DNA of 41,344 bases from Flavobacteriaceae bacterium (GTDB taxonomy: Bacteria > Bacteroidota > Bacteroidia > Flavobacteriales > Flavobacteriaceae). Under the pieces are notes generated by a model. That model was not told where the DNA came from, did no database searches, and was given only the letters and a program-made list of their open reading frames with translations. This document shows, piece by piece, positions 17,630 to 27,810 of the stretch. Where the stretch lies: positions 1 through 41,344 of the forward strand of contig JAUYUF010000085.1 in assembly GCA_030694835.1 (NCBI GenBank), written 5' to 3'. Position 1 is the first letter of the stretch, and the number at the start of each line of letters is the position of its first letter. The position numbers were made by a program, and so were the translations under genes.

Positions 17630-19426
17630 ATGAAGAAAATACGAAATTTTTGCATTATTGCCCACATCGACCATGGTAAAAGTACTTTGGCCGATCGTTT
17701 ATTAGAATTTACAAACACCATTACTGATCGCGAAAAAAAAGATCAGTTACTCGATAGTATGGACTTGGAACGCGAACGTGGAATTACCATTAAAAGTCAC
17801 GCAATCCAAATGGAATACATCTATAAAGGTGAAAATTATATTTTAAACTTAATTGACACTCCAGGTCACGTTGATTTTTCTTACGAAGTTTCTCGATCTA
17901 TTGCAGCTTGTGAAGGTGCTTTATTAATTGTTGATGCTGCTCAAAGTATTCAGGCGCAAACTATTTCTAATCTTTATTTAGCGTTAGAAAATGATTTAGA
18001 AATCATCCCAATTTTAAATAAAATTGACTTACCAAGTGCCAATCCAGAAGAGGTTTCAGATGATATCGTAAATCTTTTGGGTTGTAAATTAGAAGACATC
18101 ATCCATGCTAGTGGAAAAACAGGGTTTGGTATAGAAGCCATTTTAGAAGCTATTATTGAGCGAGTTCCATCACCAAAAGGGAATGAGGACGAACCATTAC
18201 AAGCTTTAATTTTTGATTCTGTTTATAATCCTTTTAGAGGGATTGAAACCTATTTTAAAGTTTTAAATGGCGTCATCAAAAAAGGACAAAAAATTAAGTT
18301 TTTAGCAACAGGAAAAGAGTATTTTGCCGAAGAAGTTGGAACTTTAAAACTAACTCAGGTTAAAAAAGACGTTATAAAAGCTGGAGACGTAGGTTACCTA
18401 ATAAGTGGAATCAAAGTAGCAAAAGAGGTGAAAGTTGGAGATACAATAACCGATGCTTTAAATCCTACAACACAGCCAATTGCTGGTTTTGAAGATGTAA
18501 AGCCAATGGTTTTTGCTGGTATTTATCCAGTTGATACCGAAGATTACGAGGAACTTCGTAACTCGATGGAAAAACTTCAATTAAACGATGCTTCCTTAGT
18601 TTATCAAACAGAAAGTTCTGCAGCTTTAGGTTTTGGATTTCGTTGTGGATTCTTGGGAATGCTACACATGGAAATCATCCAAGAACGTTTAGAGCGCGAA
18701 TATGATATGACTGTAATCACTACAGTTCCCAACGTTTCGTACAATGCTTATATCAAAAAAGATCCAACAAAAGCAATTGTTGTAAACAACCCAACGGATT
18801 TGCCAGATCCGTCAAGAATTGATCGCGTAGAAGAACCTTTTATTAAAGCAACTATCATTACAAAATCAGAATTTGTAGGCAATGTTATGAGCTTGTGTAT
18901 AGAAAAACGCGGACTTATAAAAAACCAATCCTATTTAACTACCGAACGTGTTGAATTAATTTTTGAAATGCCTTTGGCTGAAATTGTTTTCGATTTTTAT
19001 GATCGATTAAAAACAGTTTCTAAAGGATATGCATCGTTTGATTATCATCCAATAGGAATGCGTCAATCCAATTTAGTAAAAGTAGATATTCTTTTAAATG
19101 CTCAAACAGTAGATGCGCTTTCATCATTAATGCATCAAGATAATGCCCAAAATATTGGGAAAAAAATGTGTGAAAAATTGAGACAATTAATTCCAAGACA
19201 GCAATTTGATATTCCAATTCAGGCTGCAATTGGAGCAAAAATTATTTCAAGAGAAACCATCAAAGCACTCCGTAAAGATGTTACTGCAAAATGTTATGGG
19301 GGAGATATTTCGAGAAAAAGAAAACTGTTAGAAAAACAGAAAAAAGGTAAAAAACGTATGAGAATGGTTGGAAATGTTGAAATTCCTCAAGAAGCGTTTA
19401 TGGCAGTTCTTAAGCTGAACGATTAG
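17630..19426 (+). CDS. lepA: Translation elongation factor 4
   Basis: [23 protein letters not shown]1 motif, DTPGHVDF and NKIDL. C-terminal LepA domain. ATG at 17630 is preferred over the TTG at 17624. Confidence 0.97.
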   Translation: MKKIRNFCIIAHIDHGKSTLADRLLEFTNTITDREKKDQLLDSMDLERERGITIKSHAIQMEYIYKGENYILNLIDTPGHVDFSYEVSRSIAACEGALLIVDAAQSIQAQTISNLYLALENDLEIIPILNKIDLPSANPEEVSDDIVNLLGCKLEDIIHASGKTGFGIEAILEAIIERVPSPKGNEDEPLQALIFDSVYNPFRGIETYFKVLNGVIKKGQKIKFLATGKEYFAEEVGTLKLTQVKKDVIKAGDVGYLISGIKVAKEVKVGDTITDALNPTTQPIAGFEDVKPMVFAGIYPVDTEDYEELRNSMEKLQLNDASLVYQTESSAALGFGFRCGFLGMLHMEIIQERLEREYDMTVITTVPNVSYNAYIKKDPTKAIVVNNPTDLPDPSRIDRVEEPFIKATIITKSEFVGNVMSLCIEKRGLIKNQSYLTTERVELIFEMPLAEIVFDFYDRLKTVSKGYASFDYHPIGMRQSNLVKVDILLNAQTVDALSSLMHQDNAQNIGKKMCEKLRQLIPRQQFDIPIQAAIGAKIISRETIKALRKDVTAKCYGGDISRKRKLLEKQKKGKKRMRMVGNVEIPQEAFMAVLKLND

Positions 19427-19438
19427 TAACTTAAGTTA

Positions 19439-19469
19439 CAAAAAAACACGCCAATCGGCGTGTTTTTTT
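19439..19469. terminator. Bidirectional rho-independent terminator between convergent lepA and fdx
   Basis: A-run, stem acacgcc (19446-19452), loop aatc, stem ggcgtgt (19457-19463), then T-run. Confidence 0.85.
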
Positions 19470-19496
19470 ATGTTATTTAACTCCAAAATTAGTTGA

Positions 19497-19850
19497 TTAT
19501 TCGTTGTATAACCAAGCTTTTTTAGATAATAATTGCGCTTCTGTTTCTTGATGATCTTCATCAAGTACACAACAATCAACTGGACATACAGAAGCACATT
19601 GAGGCTCATCATGAAACCCTTTACACTCAGTACATTTATCAGTGATAATGAAATAAAACTCATCAGATTTAGGTTCATTCATTGCTTCAGCATCTACCTC
19701 AGAACCATTACTTGGTATAGTAACCATTCCTTTTAATCCTGTGTTATCAGAGTACGCCCACTCTGCATCTGGTTCGTAAATTGCATTGTTTGGACATTCA
19801 GACACACAAGCATCACAATTAATACAGTCCTCAGTTATTTTAATAGCCAT
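19497..19850 (-). CDS. fdx: 2[4Fe-4S] ferredoxin with Alvin-type second cluster motif and long inter-motif insert
   Basis: C9-x2-C-x2-C-x3-CP and C73-x2-C-x8-C-x3-CP. 53 residues separate the two motifs. 117 aa. Confidence 0.9.
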   Translation of the reverse strand: MAIKITEDCINCDACVSECPNNAIYEPDAEWAYSDNTGLKGMVTIPSNGSEVDAEAMNEPKSDEFYFIITDKCTECKGFHDEPQCASVCPVDCCVLDEDHQETEAQLLSKKAWLYNE

Positions 19851-19882
19851 AATTATTAATTTAATGTTTTAAACTTATACAG

Positions 19883-19890
19883 CAAAGTTA
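19883..19890 (-). promoter_or_regulatory. -7 box TAACTTTG for fdx
   Basis: The reverse complement of caaagtta matches TAnnTTTG. It ends 32 nt upstream of the fdx ATG at 19850. Confidence 0.5.
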
Positions 19891-19912
19891 TAAATAATTA
19901 TTATTTATTGTT

Positions 19913-19920
19913 TAATTTTG
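19913..19920 (+). promoter_or_regulatory. -7 box TAATTTTG for korA
   Basis: Matches TAnnTTTG. It ends 34 nt upstream of the korA ATG at 19955. It lies back-to-back with the fdx box. Confidence 0.5.
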
Positions 19921-19954
19921 CTAAAAATTTTAAAAAAGTCTAATTCATATAATT

Positions 19955-21820
19955 ATGATTTCAAACGAAGATAATATTAAAGAACACTTTGCAAGGGAAA
20001 ATCATAAAATTGACACAGCTGTTATTCGGTTTGTAGGAGATTCTGGTGATGGAATGCAATTAACTGGAACTCAATTTTCTGATACCGCTGCATTATTCGG
20101 TAATGATGTAGCAACATTTCCCAATTATCCTGCAGAAATTCGTGCTCCTCAGGGCAGTTTGTATGGGGTTTCAGGCTTCCAAGTTCAATTTGGAAGTGTA
20201 GAAGTTAGCACTCCTGGTGACGAACTAGATTTATTAGTTGCCATGAATCCTGCTGGATTAAAAACAAATTTATTTGCTGTAAAAGCTGGAGGAACAATAA
20301 TTGTTGATACAGACGCATTTAATAAGAAGAACTTAGAAAAGGCTAAATACGAAACTAATCCTTTAGAAGATGACAGTTTAAACAACTATCGTGTTATTAA
20401 AGCAGACATTTCAGGTTTAACCCGTGAAAGTCTAAAAGATTTAGGTCTTGATAATAAAAGTATTTTACGTAGTAAAAATATGTTTACACTAGGAATGGTT
20501 TACTTTATGTACAACCGTTCTTTGGAACATTCTGAAAGCTTCTTAAATAAAAAATTTAAAAGTAAACCATTAATTGCTGAAGCAAATATTAAAGCTATAA
20601 GAACAGGGTTTTATTACGCAGAAACATTAGAATTAATGTCATCTACTTATATTGTAGAACCTGCTAAAATGGAAGCCGGAACTTATCGAGTTGTTATGGG
20701 TAACGATGCAACCGCATGGGGATTTATAGCTGCTGCTCAAAAAGCTGGTTTAGATTTATTTTTAGGTTCTTATCCTATTACGCCAGCAACAGACATATTA
20801 CACGAATTGGTTAAGCATCGTCATTTTGGGATTAAAACTTTCCAAGCTGAAGATGAAATAGCTGGTATAACATCTGCCATCGGAGCTTCATTTGCAGGAA
20901 GTTTAGCAATTACAACTACTTCTGGCCCAGGTCTAGCCTTAAAAGGTGAAGCTATCGGCTTAGCAATGATTGCTGAGTTGCCTTTAGTTATTGTTGATGT
21001 TCAACGTGGTGGTCCTTCAACAGGATTACCAACTAAAACAGAACAATCTGATTTATTACAAGCTATGTATGGTAGAAATGGAGAAAGTCCTGTGATTGTT
21101 ATTGCAGCGAGTACTCCAGCCAACTGTTTTGATTTTGCTTTTGAAGCCTCAAAATTGGCCTTAGAACATATGACACCAGTTATTTTATTAACTGATGGAT
21201 TTATTGCAAATGGTTCTGCACCTTGGAAAATAGTAAGTATAAATGACTTACCTGAGATAAAAACTAAACTTGTACCAAACGGAACAACTCATTACGACGC
21301 ATATGTTAGAGATGAAGATCGTTTAGCAAGAAGTTGGGCTATTCCTGGAACACCAGGTTTAGAGCACCGTATTGGTGGTTTAGAAAAAGACAAAGTAACA
21401 GGTTGCGTAAATCAAGGTCCTGAAAACCATGAATACATGTGTAATATAAGAGCTGAAAAAGTGAGACGTGTTGCTGACTTTATTCCAAATATTGAAGCAG
21501 AATATGCACAAGAAGGTGATTTATTAGTTGTTGGTTGGGGAGGTACTTTTGGAAACATTCATGCAGCTGTTAAAGAAATGGCTGATGCAGGATATAAAAT
21601 TGGGCATGCTCAATTTAACTACATCAATCCGTTGCCAAAAAATACTGCTGAATTATTTTCTAGATACAAAAAAGTTGTTGTTTGTGAATTGAACTTAGGT
21701 CAATTAGTTAAAATGTTTAGAAGTGAATTCAGTGATATTGAATTCTCACAATACAACAAAGTTCAAGGATTACCATTTACTAAATCAGAATTAACTCAAC
21801 ATTTTAAAGGGTTAATTTAA
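19955..21820 (+). CDS. korA: 2-oxoglutarate:ferredoxin oxidoreductase, alpha subunit (fused gamma+alpha domains)
   Basis: 621 aa. N-terminal gamma-like GDSGDGMQLTG motif, followed by the pyrimidine-binding alpha region (YPITPATDILHEL). Confidence 0.88.
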   Translation: MISNEDNIKEHFARENHKIDTAVIRFVGDSGDGMQLTGTQFSDTAALFGNDVATFPNYPAEIRAPQGSLYGVSGFQVQFGSVEVSTPGDELDLLVAMNPAGLKTNLFAVKAGGTIIVDTDAFNKKNLEKAKYETNPLEDDSLNNYRVIKADISGLTRESLKDLGLDNKSILRSKNMFTLGMVYFMYNRSLEHSESFLNKKFKSKPLIAEANIKAIRTGFYYAETLELMSSTYIVEPAKMEAGTYRVVMGNDATAWGFIAAAQKAGLDLFLGSYPITPATDILHELVKHRHFGIKTFQAEDEIAGITSAIGASFAGSLAITTTSGPGLALKGEAIGLAMIAELPLVIVDVQRGGPSTGLPTKTEQSDLLQAMYGRNGESPVIVIAASTPANCFDFAFEASKLALEHMTPVILLTDGFIANGSAPWKIVSINDLPEIKTKLVPNGTTHYDAYVRDEDRLARSWAIPGTPGLEHRIGGLEKDKVTGCVNQGPENHEYMCNIRAEKVRRVADFIPNIEAEYAQEGDLLVVGWGGTFGNIHAAVKEMADAGYKIGHAQFNYINPLPKNTAELFSRYKKVVVCELNLGQLVKMFRSEFSDIEFSQYNKVQGLPFTKSELTQHFKGLI

Positions 21821-21832
21821 ATATTGAAAATT

Positions 21833-22840
21833 ATGGAAAGTAACGTTAAATATACATTCAAAGATTTTGCATCTGATCAAGAAGTAAGATGGTGTCCAGG
21901 TTGTGATGACTATGTTGTTTTAAGAGCAATGCAAAAAGCATTACCAGAAATGGGTGTCAAAAAAGAAGATGTTGTATTTGTATCCGGTATTGGATGCTCT
22001 TCACGTTTTCCCTACTATATGGATGCCTATGGATTTCATGGAATTCATGGTAGAGCACCTGGAATTGCAACTGGAGTTAAATTAGCTAATCCAAATTTAA
22101 GTGTTTGGATTATGACTGGAGATGGAGATGCCATGGCAATTGGAGGAAATCACTTCATACATTTATTAAGAAGAAATATCGATTTAAACATCGTATTGTT
22201 TAATAATGAAATTTATGGTTTAACTAAAGGTCAGTTTTCACCAACTTCATTATTGGGTCAAAAAACTAAATCATCACCATACGGTAATACACAACCTCCT
22301 TTCAATGCAGGAGAATTAGCTATTGGTGCTCGTTCACGTTTTTATGCTAGAGTTCCTGGAAATGAGCCAAAAACTATGACAGATATCTTTATTCAGGCTG
22401 AGAGATTTAAAGGGACTTCATTAATTGAAATTCTGCAAAACTGCGTTATTTTTAATGATGGTTGTTTTACTCAATATACTGATAAAGAAGTAAAATCAGA
22501 CATGCAACTATTTTTAGAACATGGCAAACCTATGATTTTTGGAAAAGAAAGCAATAAAGGTATTGTTTTAAAAGGTTTAAAATTAGAAGTTGTAACGCTA
22601 GGTGAAAATGGAATAACAGAAAATGATTTGTTAATTCATGATGCTAAAGAAGATGACTCAACCTTACACCAAATGTTAATCAGACTTAAATATCCATTAG
22701 TAATGGGTATTGTTAGAAGTGTAGAAGAGATGGCTTTTGGCGAAAGAGAAAGAGAATTGACAGAAAAAATTAAGTTAAAATCTAATTTCACATCTGTAGA
22801 TGATTTATTCTTCTCGGGTGAAACATACGAAGTAAAGTAA
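21833..22840 (+). CDS. korB: 2-oxoglutarate:ferredoxin oxidoreductase, beta (TPP-binding) subunit
   Basis: WCPGCDDY cluster/TPP region and the GDGDAMAIGGNH TPP motif. ATG at 21833 is preferred over the TTG at 21824. Confidence 0.88.
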   Translation: MESNVKYTFKDFASDQEVRWCPGCDDYVVLRAMQKALPEMGVKKEDVVFVSGIGCSSRFPYYMDAYGFHGIHGRAPGIATGVKLANPNLSVWIMTGDGDAMAIGGNHFIHLLRRNIDLNIVLFNNEIYGLTKGQFSPTSLLGQKTKSSPYGNTQPPFNAGELAIGARSRFYARVPGNEPKTMTDIFIQAERFKGTSLIEILQNCVIFNDGCFTQYTDKEVKSDMQLFLEHGKPMIFGKESNKGIVLKGLKLEVVTLGENGITENDLLIHDAKEDDSTLHQMLIRLKYPLVMGIVRSVEEMAFGERERELTEKIKLKSNFTSVDDLFFSGETYEVK

Positions 22841-22902
22841 TGAGTAAACTCATTATTTTACTTCCCCCAATTATTTTCTTAAAATCCTTAAAATTTATTT
22901 AA

Positions 22903-23253
22903 ATGGGATCAGAAGCTCTTATAGTATTTTTATTATCTGGTGTTGCCTTAGTTGCCGGCGCCAATTTTTTATCTAATTTAATTTCACATAAGTCAGATAA
23001 TCCGAGTAAAAGAGAACCTTATGAGTGTGGTATGGAAACAATTGGACCTACTTGGGTTCAATTTAAAGTTGGGTACTATTTATTCGCTATCTTATTTCTC
23101 ATCTTTGATGTAGAGATAGCTTTTCTAGTGCCATGGGCCGTTGTTTTTAAAGAAGTCGGTCTAGTTGCTTTGGTTGAAATACTTATATTCTTATTAATTC
23201 TTGGTTTAGGATTAATCTATGCTTGGAAAAAACGCGCATTACGATGGGAATAG
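22903..23253 (+). CDS. nuoA: NADH-quinone oxidoreductase-like complex, subunit A
   Basis: 116 aa with 3 TM. YECG and FDVE motifs. Confidence 0.92.
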   Translation: MGSEALIVFLLSGVALVAGANFLSNLISHKSDNPSKREPYECGMETIGPTWVQFKVGYYLFAILFLIFDVEIAFLVPWAVVFKEVGLVALVEILIFLLILGLGLIYAWKKRALRWE

Positions 23254-23801
23254 AAAAGAATGAATTAGTAAATGATTTCCCTGGACAAATAATCCCAGGT
23301 GGAAATGGTGGTAATATTACCATTACTACACTAGACAAAGTGATTAATTGGGGACGCTCCAACTCACTGTGGTCTCTTTATTTTGGAACTAGCTGTTGTG
23401 CAATTGAAATGATGCAAACAGGTGCAGCTCGTCATGATTACTCAAGATTTGGATTTGAAGTGGCACGTCCTTCTCCTAGACAAGCTGATTTAATTATCAT
23501 CGCTGGAACTATTGTTAATAAAATGGCTCCTGTTTTACGTCGTTTATACGACCAAATGGCAGAACCTAAATATGTAATTGCAATGGGAGCATGTGCCATT
23601 TCAGGTGGTCCATTTTACTACAATACATACTCTGTAGTAAAAGGTGCAGATCATGTAATTCCTGTTGATGTTTATGTTCCTGGATGTCCTCCAAGACCTG
23701 AAGCGCTACTAGAAGGAATGATGATGCTTCAAGAAAAAATTAGAACAGAAAGTATGAAACACAAGGTAAATCCTATTGATGGATTTGACCAAGGATTATA
23801 A
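23244..23801 (+). CDS. nuoB: Complex I subunit B (N2 cluster)
   Basis: SCCAIEM, GACA and PGCPPRPE cysteine motifs. ATG at 23244 overlaps the nuoA end by 10 nt. The track's TTG at 23223 is less likely. Confidence 0.93.
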   Translation: MGIEKNELVNDFPGQIIPGGNGGNITITTLDKVINWGRSNSLWSLYFGTSCCAIEMMQTGAARHDYSRFGFEVARPSPRQADLIIIAGTIVNKMAPVLRRLYDQMAEPKYVIAMGACAISGGPFYYNTYSVVKGADHVIPVDVYVPGCPPRPEALLEGMMMLQEKIRTESMKHKVNPIDGFDQGL

Positions 23802-23811
23802 AATAATAGGT

Positions 23812-24273
23812 ATGACAAATAGCGAATTACAAACTTTAATAAACTCCTGGAATTTTGAAGTAGAATTTTCTGAAGCTGAATCTCAGTTTTTAAACATTAC
23901 TGTTAAACCTGAAAATCTACATCAACTTGGCTTACAACTTAAATCAAACAAGGAAACTTCGTTTGATTTTCTGTTTTGTGTAACTGGAATGGATTGGGGA
24001 ACTGATCTTGGAGTTGTGTATCATTTAGAATCAACTACTCATAGACATCAAATTGTTGTTAAGGTTAAAACCTCAGATAGAGAAAACCCAACTTTTGATT
24101 CTGTTTGTGATATTTGGTATACAGCAGAATTCCACGAAATGGAAGTTTTTGATTTCTTTGGAATCAAATTCAACAATCATCCAAACTTGAAGCGTTTATT
24201 TATGCCGCTAGATTGGGTTGGTTATCCGTTGAGAAAAGATTATGTAGATGAGGTTAATATGGTTATAAAATAA
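23812..24273 (+). CDS. nuoC: Complex I subunit C
   Basis: The EFHEMEVFDFFGIKF and LRKDY motifs are typical of the 30-kDa subunit. ATG at 23812 is preferred over the TTG at 23776, which overlaps nuoB. Confidence 0.9.
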   Translation: MTNSELQTLINSWNFEVEFSEAESQFLNITVKPENLHQLGLQLKSNKETSFDFLFCVTGMDWGTDLGVVYHLESTTHRHQIVVKVKTSDRENPTFDSVCDIWYTAEFHEMEVFDFFGIKFNNHPNLKRLFMPLDWVGYPLRKDYVDEVNMVIK

Positions 24274-24280
24274 CAGATTA

Positions 24281-25402
24281 ATGACAACAACAATCGAAAC
24301 TAACACTTTTAAATCTGAAGAATACTTTATCAATATGGGGCCTCAACACCCTGCAACGCACGGTGTTTTACGTCTTTTATTAACAATTGATGGAGAGATT
24401 ATTAAGAATGTGGAACCTGATTTAGGGTACATCCACCGTTCTATAGAAAAAATGTGTGAGCGTGATAGCTATCAGCAAATCGTTCACCTTACAGATCGTA
24501 TGGACTATTTATCTTCTCATATTAATAATGAGGCAGTATGTTTAACTGTAGAAAATGCATTAGGACTTGAAATTCCTGAACGTGTAAAAGTTATCAGAAC
24601 TATTCTTGCTGAACTTACACGTTTAGCTTCACACCAATTATGGTGGGGCGTAATGGGAATGGACGTAGGTGCATTAACAACTTATTTTTATGGTTTTAGA
24701 GATCGCGAATTAATCAATGATATTTTTGAAGAAACTTGTGGTGCTCGTTTAACAATGAATTACAATATTCCAGGTGGTTTAATGTTTGATATCCACCCAA
24801 ATTTTGTAAAACGTACAAAAGATTTTATTGCTCATTTCAAAACTAAATTACCAGAATATGACACCTTATTAACTGGAAACGTAATTTTCCAAAAACGTAC
24901 TCAAGGTGTTGGTATTTTAACCAAAGAAGATGCCATTTCTTTCGGAACAACAGGGCCAGTAGCGCGTGCTTCAGGTTTTTCTTGTGATATAAGAAAACAT
25001 CATCCATATAGTGCTTATGACCGCGTTCAATTTAATGAAGCTATAAGTACCGTTGGAGATACATTTACGCGTTATCAAATGCGTATTCAAGAAATGTGGG
25101 AATCTATTTCTATTATTGATCAATTAATTGATAATATTCCTGATGGCGATTTTAAAGTAGCAACAAATGCTGTAATTAAATTACCAAAAGGAGAGTTTTA
25201 TCAAAAAGTAGAAACAGCTCGTGGTGAGTTAGGAGTATTTATCGTAAGTGATGGAAAGAAAAGTCCATATCGCATGAAATTCCGTTCACCAGGATTCTCA
25301 AATCTTTCAGCTTTGAAAAAAATGGCTGTAGGAAGTAAATTAGGAGATTTAGTAGCCATCATGGCGACTTTAGATATTGTTGTACCAGATATTGACAGAT
25401 AA
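24281..25402 (+). CDS. nuoD: Complex I subunit D
   Basis: [15 protein letters not shown] and GYIHRSIEK, ending in VVPDIDR (49-kDa subunit). Confidence 0.95.
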   Translation: MTTTIETNTFKSEEYFINMGPQHPATHGVLRLLLTIDGEIIKNVEPDLGYIHRSIEKMCERDSYQQIVHLTDRMDYLSSHINNEAVCLTVENALGLEIPERVKVIRTILAELTRLASHQLWWGVMGMDVGALTTYFYGFRDRELINDIFEETCGARLTMNYNIPGGLMFDIHPNFVKRTKDFIAHFKTKLPEYDTLLTGNVIFQKRTQGVGILTKEDAISFGTTGPVARASGFSCDIRKHHPYSAYDRVQFNEAISTVGDTFTRYQMRIQEMWESISIIDQLIDNIPDGDFKVATNAVIKLPKGEFYQKVETARGELGVFIVSDGKKSPYRMKFRSPGFSNLSALKKMAVGSKLGDLVAIMATLDIVVPDIDR

Positions 25403-25406
25403 AATT

Positions 25407-26474
25407 ATGAATTTACCTTTAAGTATAACAAAAAATATCCACGATTGGCTTTTCGAATTAATGTCTGCACCAATAGCGGCAGTAGTAGAAATGGTATTAA
25501 TCGCGGTGGCATTCCTGGGATTCTTTGCATTAGCAGGATTGTTGTTAGTATATATGGAGCGTAGAATCGCTGCATTTTTTCAATTGCGTTTAGGCCCTAA
25601 CCGAGTTGGACCTCAAGGATTGTTTCAAACTATTGCCGATGCTTTAAAATTAGTATCAAAAGAGTTGGTAGTAATCGATAAAGCGGATAAATTTTTATAT
25701 AATTTGGCACCTTATTTTGTAATTGTAGCTTCTTTAATGGCACTTTCAGTATTACCTTTTTCACAAGAATTTCATGCTTTTGATATCAATATTGGGGTGT
25801 TTTTCTTGTTAGCAGTTTCATCAATTGGTGTAATTGGAATTCTTTTAGGAGGATGGGCTAGTAACAACAAATATGCTTTAATTGGCGCCATGCGAAGTGG
25901 TTTACAAACTATCAGTTATGAGCTTTCTGTTGGACTTTCAATTTTAACCATTGTTTTATTAGCAGGTTCATTACAGATTTCAGAAATAATAGCTGTACAA
26001 CAAAAAGGAGGTTGGTTTATCATCCAAGGTCATATTCCGGCATTTATTGCGTTTATGATTTTTATGATAGCCGGAACTGCTGAAACCAATAGAGCACCAT
26101 TCGATTTAGTAGAAGCTGAATCAGAACTTGGAGCAGGTTTCCATACAGAATACTCTGGGATGAAATTTGCTTATTTCTTTTTAGCTGAATTTATCAACAT
26201 GTTTATTATTGCCGCTATTGGAACTATTTTGTTCTTCGGAGGTTGGTTATCACCTTTTGGAATTACAGAATCTATTCCTTTATTGGGCGTTATGTGGTTT
26301 ATGTTAAAAGTACTTGGTTTAGTTTTCTTGATGATGTGGTTCCGTTGGACGTTTCCACGTTTAAGAGTTGACCAATTATTAACCTTAGAGTGGAAATATT
26401 TATTACCAATTAACTTATTCAATATAGTGTTTATGGCAGTTATTGTTTGGTTAGGTTTAACTATAAATTTTTAG
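25407..26474 (+). CDS. nuoH: Complex I subunit H
   Basis: The [28 protein letters not shown] and EAESEL motifs. ATG at 25407 lies 4 nt after the nuoD stop. Confidence 0.95.
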   Translation: MNLPLSITKNIHDWLFELMSAPIAAVVEMVLIAVAFLGFFALAGLLLVYMERRIAAFFQLRLGPNRVGPQGLFQTIADALKLVSKELVVIDKADKFLYNLAPYFVIVASLMALSVLPFSQEFHAFDINIGVFFLLAVSSIGVIGILLGGWASNNKYALIGAMRSGLQTISYELSVGLSILTIVLLAGSLQISEIIAVQQKGGWFIIQGHIPAFIAFMIFMIAGTAETNRAPFDLVEAESELGAGFHTEYSGMKFAYFFLAEFINMFIIAAIGTILFFGGWLSPFGITESIPLLGVMWFMLKVLGLVFLMMWFRWTFPRLRVDQLLTLEWKYLLPINLFNIVFMAVIVWLGLTINF

Positions 26475-26477
26475 AGG

Positions 26478-26960
26478 ATGAGTTATTTTTCAGATATATA
26501 TAACGGTGTTAAAACTTTACTTACAGGAATGTCTGTAACAGGTAAGTATTTTTTCAATGCCCGTAAAGAAATCATCACGCAACAATTTCCAGATAATCGA
26601 GCTACCTTAAAAATGTTCGATCGTTTTAGAGGTGAAGTTGTGATGCCACATGATGAGAACAATGAACACCGTTGTACAGGTTGTCAGAAATGTGAATTAG
26701 CGTGTCCTAATGGAACAATTGAAATCATTTGGGATAGAGTTGTTGATGAAGAAACAGGAAAGAAAATAAAAGTAATTGATAAACATATTTATCATCTTTC
26801 TATGTGTACCATGTGTGGATTGTGTATAGAGGCTTGTCCTACAGATGCAATTAAATGGAGTCAAAACTTCAGCAATTCATCGTATGACAGAACTCAATTG
26901 ACAAAAGTGTTGAACAAACCAGGTTCTAAAATTATGCCTGGTGTAAAAGACAAAGAATAG
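26478..26960 (+). CDS. nuoI: Complex I subunit I (2x[4Fe-4S])
   Basis: CTGCQKCELACP and CTMCGLCIEACP. Confidence 0.93.
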   Translation: MSYFSDIYNGVKTLLTGMSVTGKYFFNARKEIITQQFPDNRATLKMFDRFRGEVVMPHDENNEHRCTGCQKCELACPNGTIEIIWDRVVDEETGKKIKVIDKHIYHLSMCTMCGLCIEACPTDAIKWSQNFSNSSYDRTQLTKVLNKPGSKIMPGVKDKE

Positions 26961-26961
26961 T

Positions 26962-27477
26962 ATGGAACAAATTATATTTTACATTTTATCACTTATAATG
27001 GTGGTGTTTGCAATTGCTTCCGTTACCAGTCGTATGATTTTAAGATCAGTAGTGTATCTTTTATTTGTACTTTGTGCAATTGCAGGATTTTATTTCTTGA
27101 TTGATTATAACTACCTAGCGGCTATACAATTAACTGTTTATGCTGGAGGTATAATTGTACTGTTTATTTTCTCAGTATTATTAATTCATCATATCGAATC
27201 TAAACTTGATGTTGCCTCTTTAGGTAGAAGAATTTTAGTTGGATTAGCAAGTTTAGTTGGTGCTGGATTAACACTTTCTGTAATTTGGGCGCACCCATTT
27301 ATAGTAGCTGAAAATAGCGCGAGATCTACTGAAGTAAGAGATATCGGATTAGGAATGTTAAGTTATGGCGATGGTGGATATATACTTCCTTTTGAAGTTA
27401 TCAGTATTCTGTTATTAGCAGCTATGATTGGAGCAATTATAGTAGCAAAAGGAACTCGTTTAACCATAAAAGACTAA
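26962..27477 (+). CDS. nuoJ: Complex I subunit J
   Basis: 171-aa membrane protein in the canonical operon position. YAGGIIVLFIF motif. Confidence 0.88.
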   Translation: MEQIIFYILSLIMVVFAIASVTSRMILRSVVYLLFVLCAIAGFYFLIDYNYLAAIQLTVYAGGIIVLFIFSVLLIHHIESKLDVASLGRRILVGLASLVGAGLTLSVIWAHPFIVAENSARSTEVRDIGLGMLSYGDGGYILPFEVISILLLAAMIGAIIVAKGTRLTIKD

Positions 27478-27481
27478 TCTA

Positions 27482-27799
27482 ATGATTCAAGGAGTATCTA
27501 TATATGAAATTTTAACCGTTACAACCTTATTATTCTTTATTGGAATTTATGGTTTTATAACGCGAAAAAACTTGATTTCAATTCTACTATCTGTTGAATT
27601 GATCTTAAATTCAGTGGCAATAAATTTTGTTGTAATCAACAAATATTTATACCCTGATATGTTACAAGGAGTTTATTTTTCTGTATTTATTATTGCAGTA
27701 GCAGCCGCAGAAACGGCATTGGCTATTTCAATTATCATCAATTTATACAGATTGGTAACATCCGTAGAAGTGAAAGCAACAGAAACTATGAAGTTTTAA
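27482..27799 (+). CDS. nuoK: Complex I subunit K
   Basis: 105 aa with 3 TM. SVELILNSV and AAAETALAISI motifs. Confidence 0.9.
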   Translation: MIQGVSIYEILTVTTLLFFIGIYGFITRKNLISILLSVELILNSVAINFVVINKYLYPDMLQGVYFSVFIIAVAAAETALAISIIINLYRLVTSVEVKATETMKF

Positions 27800-27810
27800 T
27801 ATTTTAGAAA

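Noticed and set aside
17624-25406. Upstream TTG starts used by the ORF track for lepA (17624), korB (21824), nuoB (23223), nuoC (23776) and nuoH (25377).
   Set aside because: In-frame ATGs a few codons downstream give N-termini that match the family norm and remove long overlaps with the preceding gene.
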